DNA of 60,857 bases, the filler included, from Nemertoderma westbladi (taxonomy: Eukaryota > Animalia > Xenacoelomorpha): assembly GCA_032718475.1 (NCBI GenBank). It is 3 parts of 3 records of this genome, joined end to end, with 100 filler letters (N's around TTAATTAATTAA, not from the genome) between each part and the next. Parts side by side here need not be neighbours in the genome. Positions count along the whole stretch, not along the records: positions 50,305 to 60,857 come from JAUCBJ010008506.1; 2 more parts are not named here. One strand, written 5' to 3'. Both the position numbers and the translations under genes were made by a program. Every line of letters starts with the position of its first letter. Positions within the stretch are counted from its first letter, which is position 1. The notes beneath the pieces were generated by a model. It saw only the letters and a program-made list of their open reading frames with translations, had not been told where the DNA came from and ran no database searches. This document shows positions 60,438-60,857 of the stretch, piece after piece.

Positions 60438-60857
60438 TATGCCAAGCGCCAAGGTTAATTATGTAGGCCTAAAGGAAATGCATTTAGGAAATGCGCAAAT
60501 GTGAAGTTAAGGGCTAAATGCTGAAATGCTTTACAGCTTTAGGCCTACGACTTTCATTCAGACTACCGGTAAGAGAGAACAAGTTTGCAGCACTGCATTT
60601 ACTGTACTACCATGGCCATGGTACTACTGCATTAACGCGGATGAATATTACAACAATACAACAGAAATCTAATATTCCATTAAGACAATGATGAACTTCA
60701 ATTATATTGCTTTGAAAACACCTGTTTTCAAGATAAAGATTTAATATGATAACTTTCATACCAGTAGCCAAACGTAACATATTTAGAATGACAAAATTAT
60801 TCTCTTCAAAATATCCTATTTCAAAATCAAAAACAATTTAACCCAGCAAAAACCCAG

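Overview
This is repeat-rich metazoan genomic DNA, probably a marine invertebrate (inference from the transposon content). It consists of three segments (1-23140, 23241-50204, 50305-60857) joined by two artificial 100-nt spacers (44 N + TTAATTAATTAA + 44 N). Segment 1 holds 14 phase-consistent minus-strand exons (3018 nt, about 1006 aa) of a large host gene that resembles CCDC162/DUF4549. Its introns are packed with tandem arrays, several seeded at 5' splice sites, plus a 5'-truncated RTE LINE with a 94-bp target duplication and the 5' end of an LTR retrotransposon. Segment 2 holds an LTR copy inserted in a CR1-group LINE, a Helentron-like non-autonomous element and satellites. It also holds a nearly complete, frameshifted BEL/Pao retrotransposon with a 2.3-kb LTR and a non-env extra ORF between pol and the 3' LTR, which is the best candidate for something undescribed. 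Segment 3 holds a spliced Helitron RepHel 5' part with 23-aa STPR-like repeats, an 8-bp-TSD MITE, LINE and SINE fragments, minisatellites, and a 193-bp palindrome carrying a Penelope-type hammerhead-like motif. Family assignments come from motif recognition only; no searches were run.
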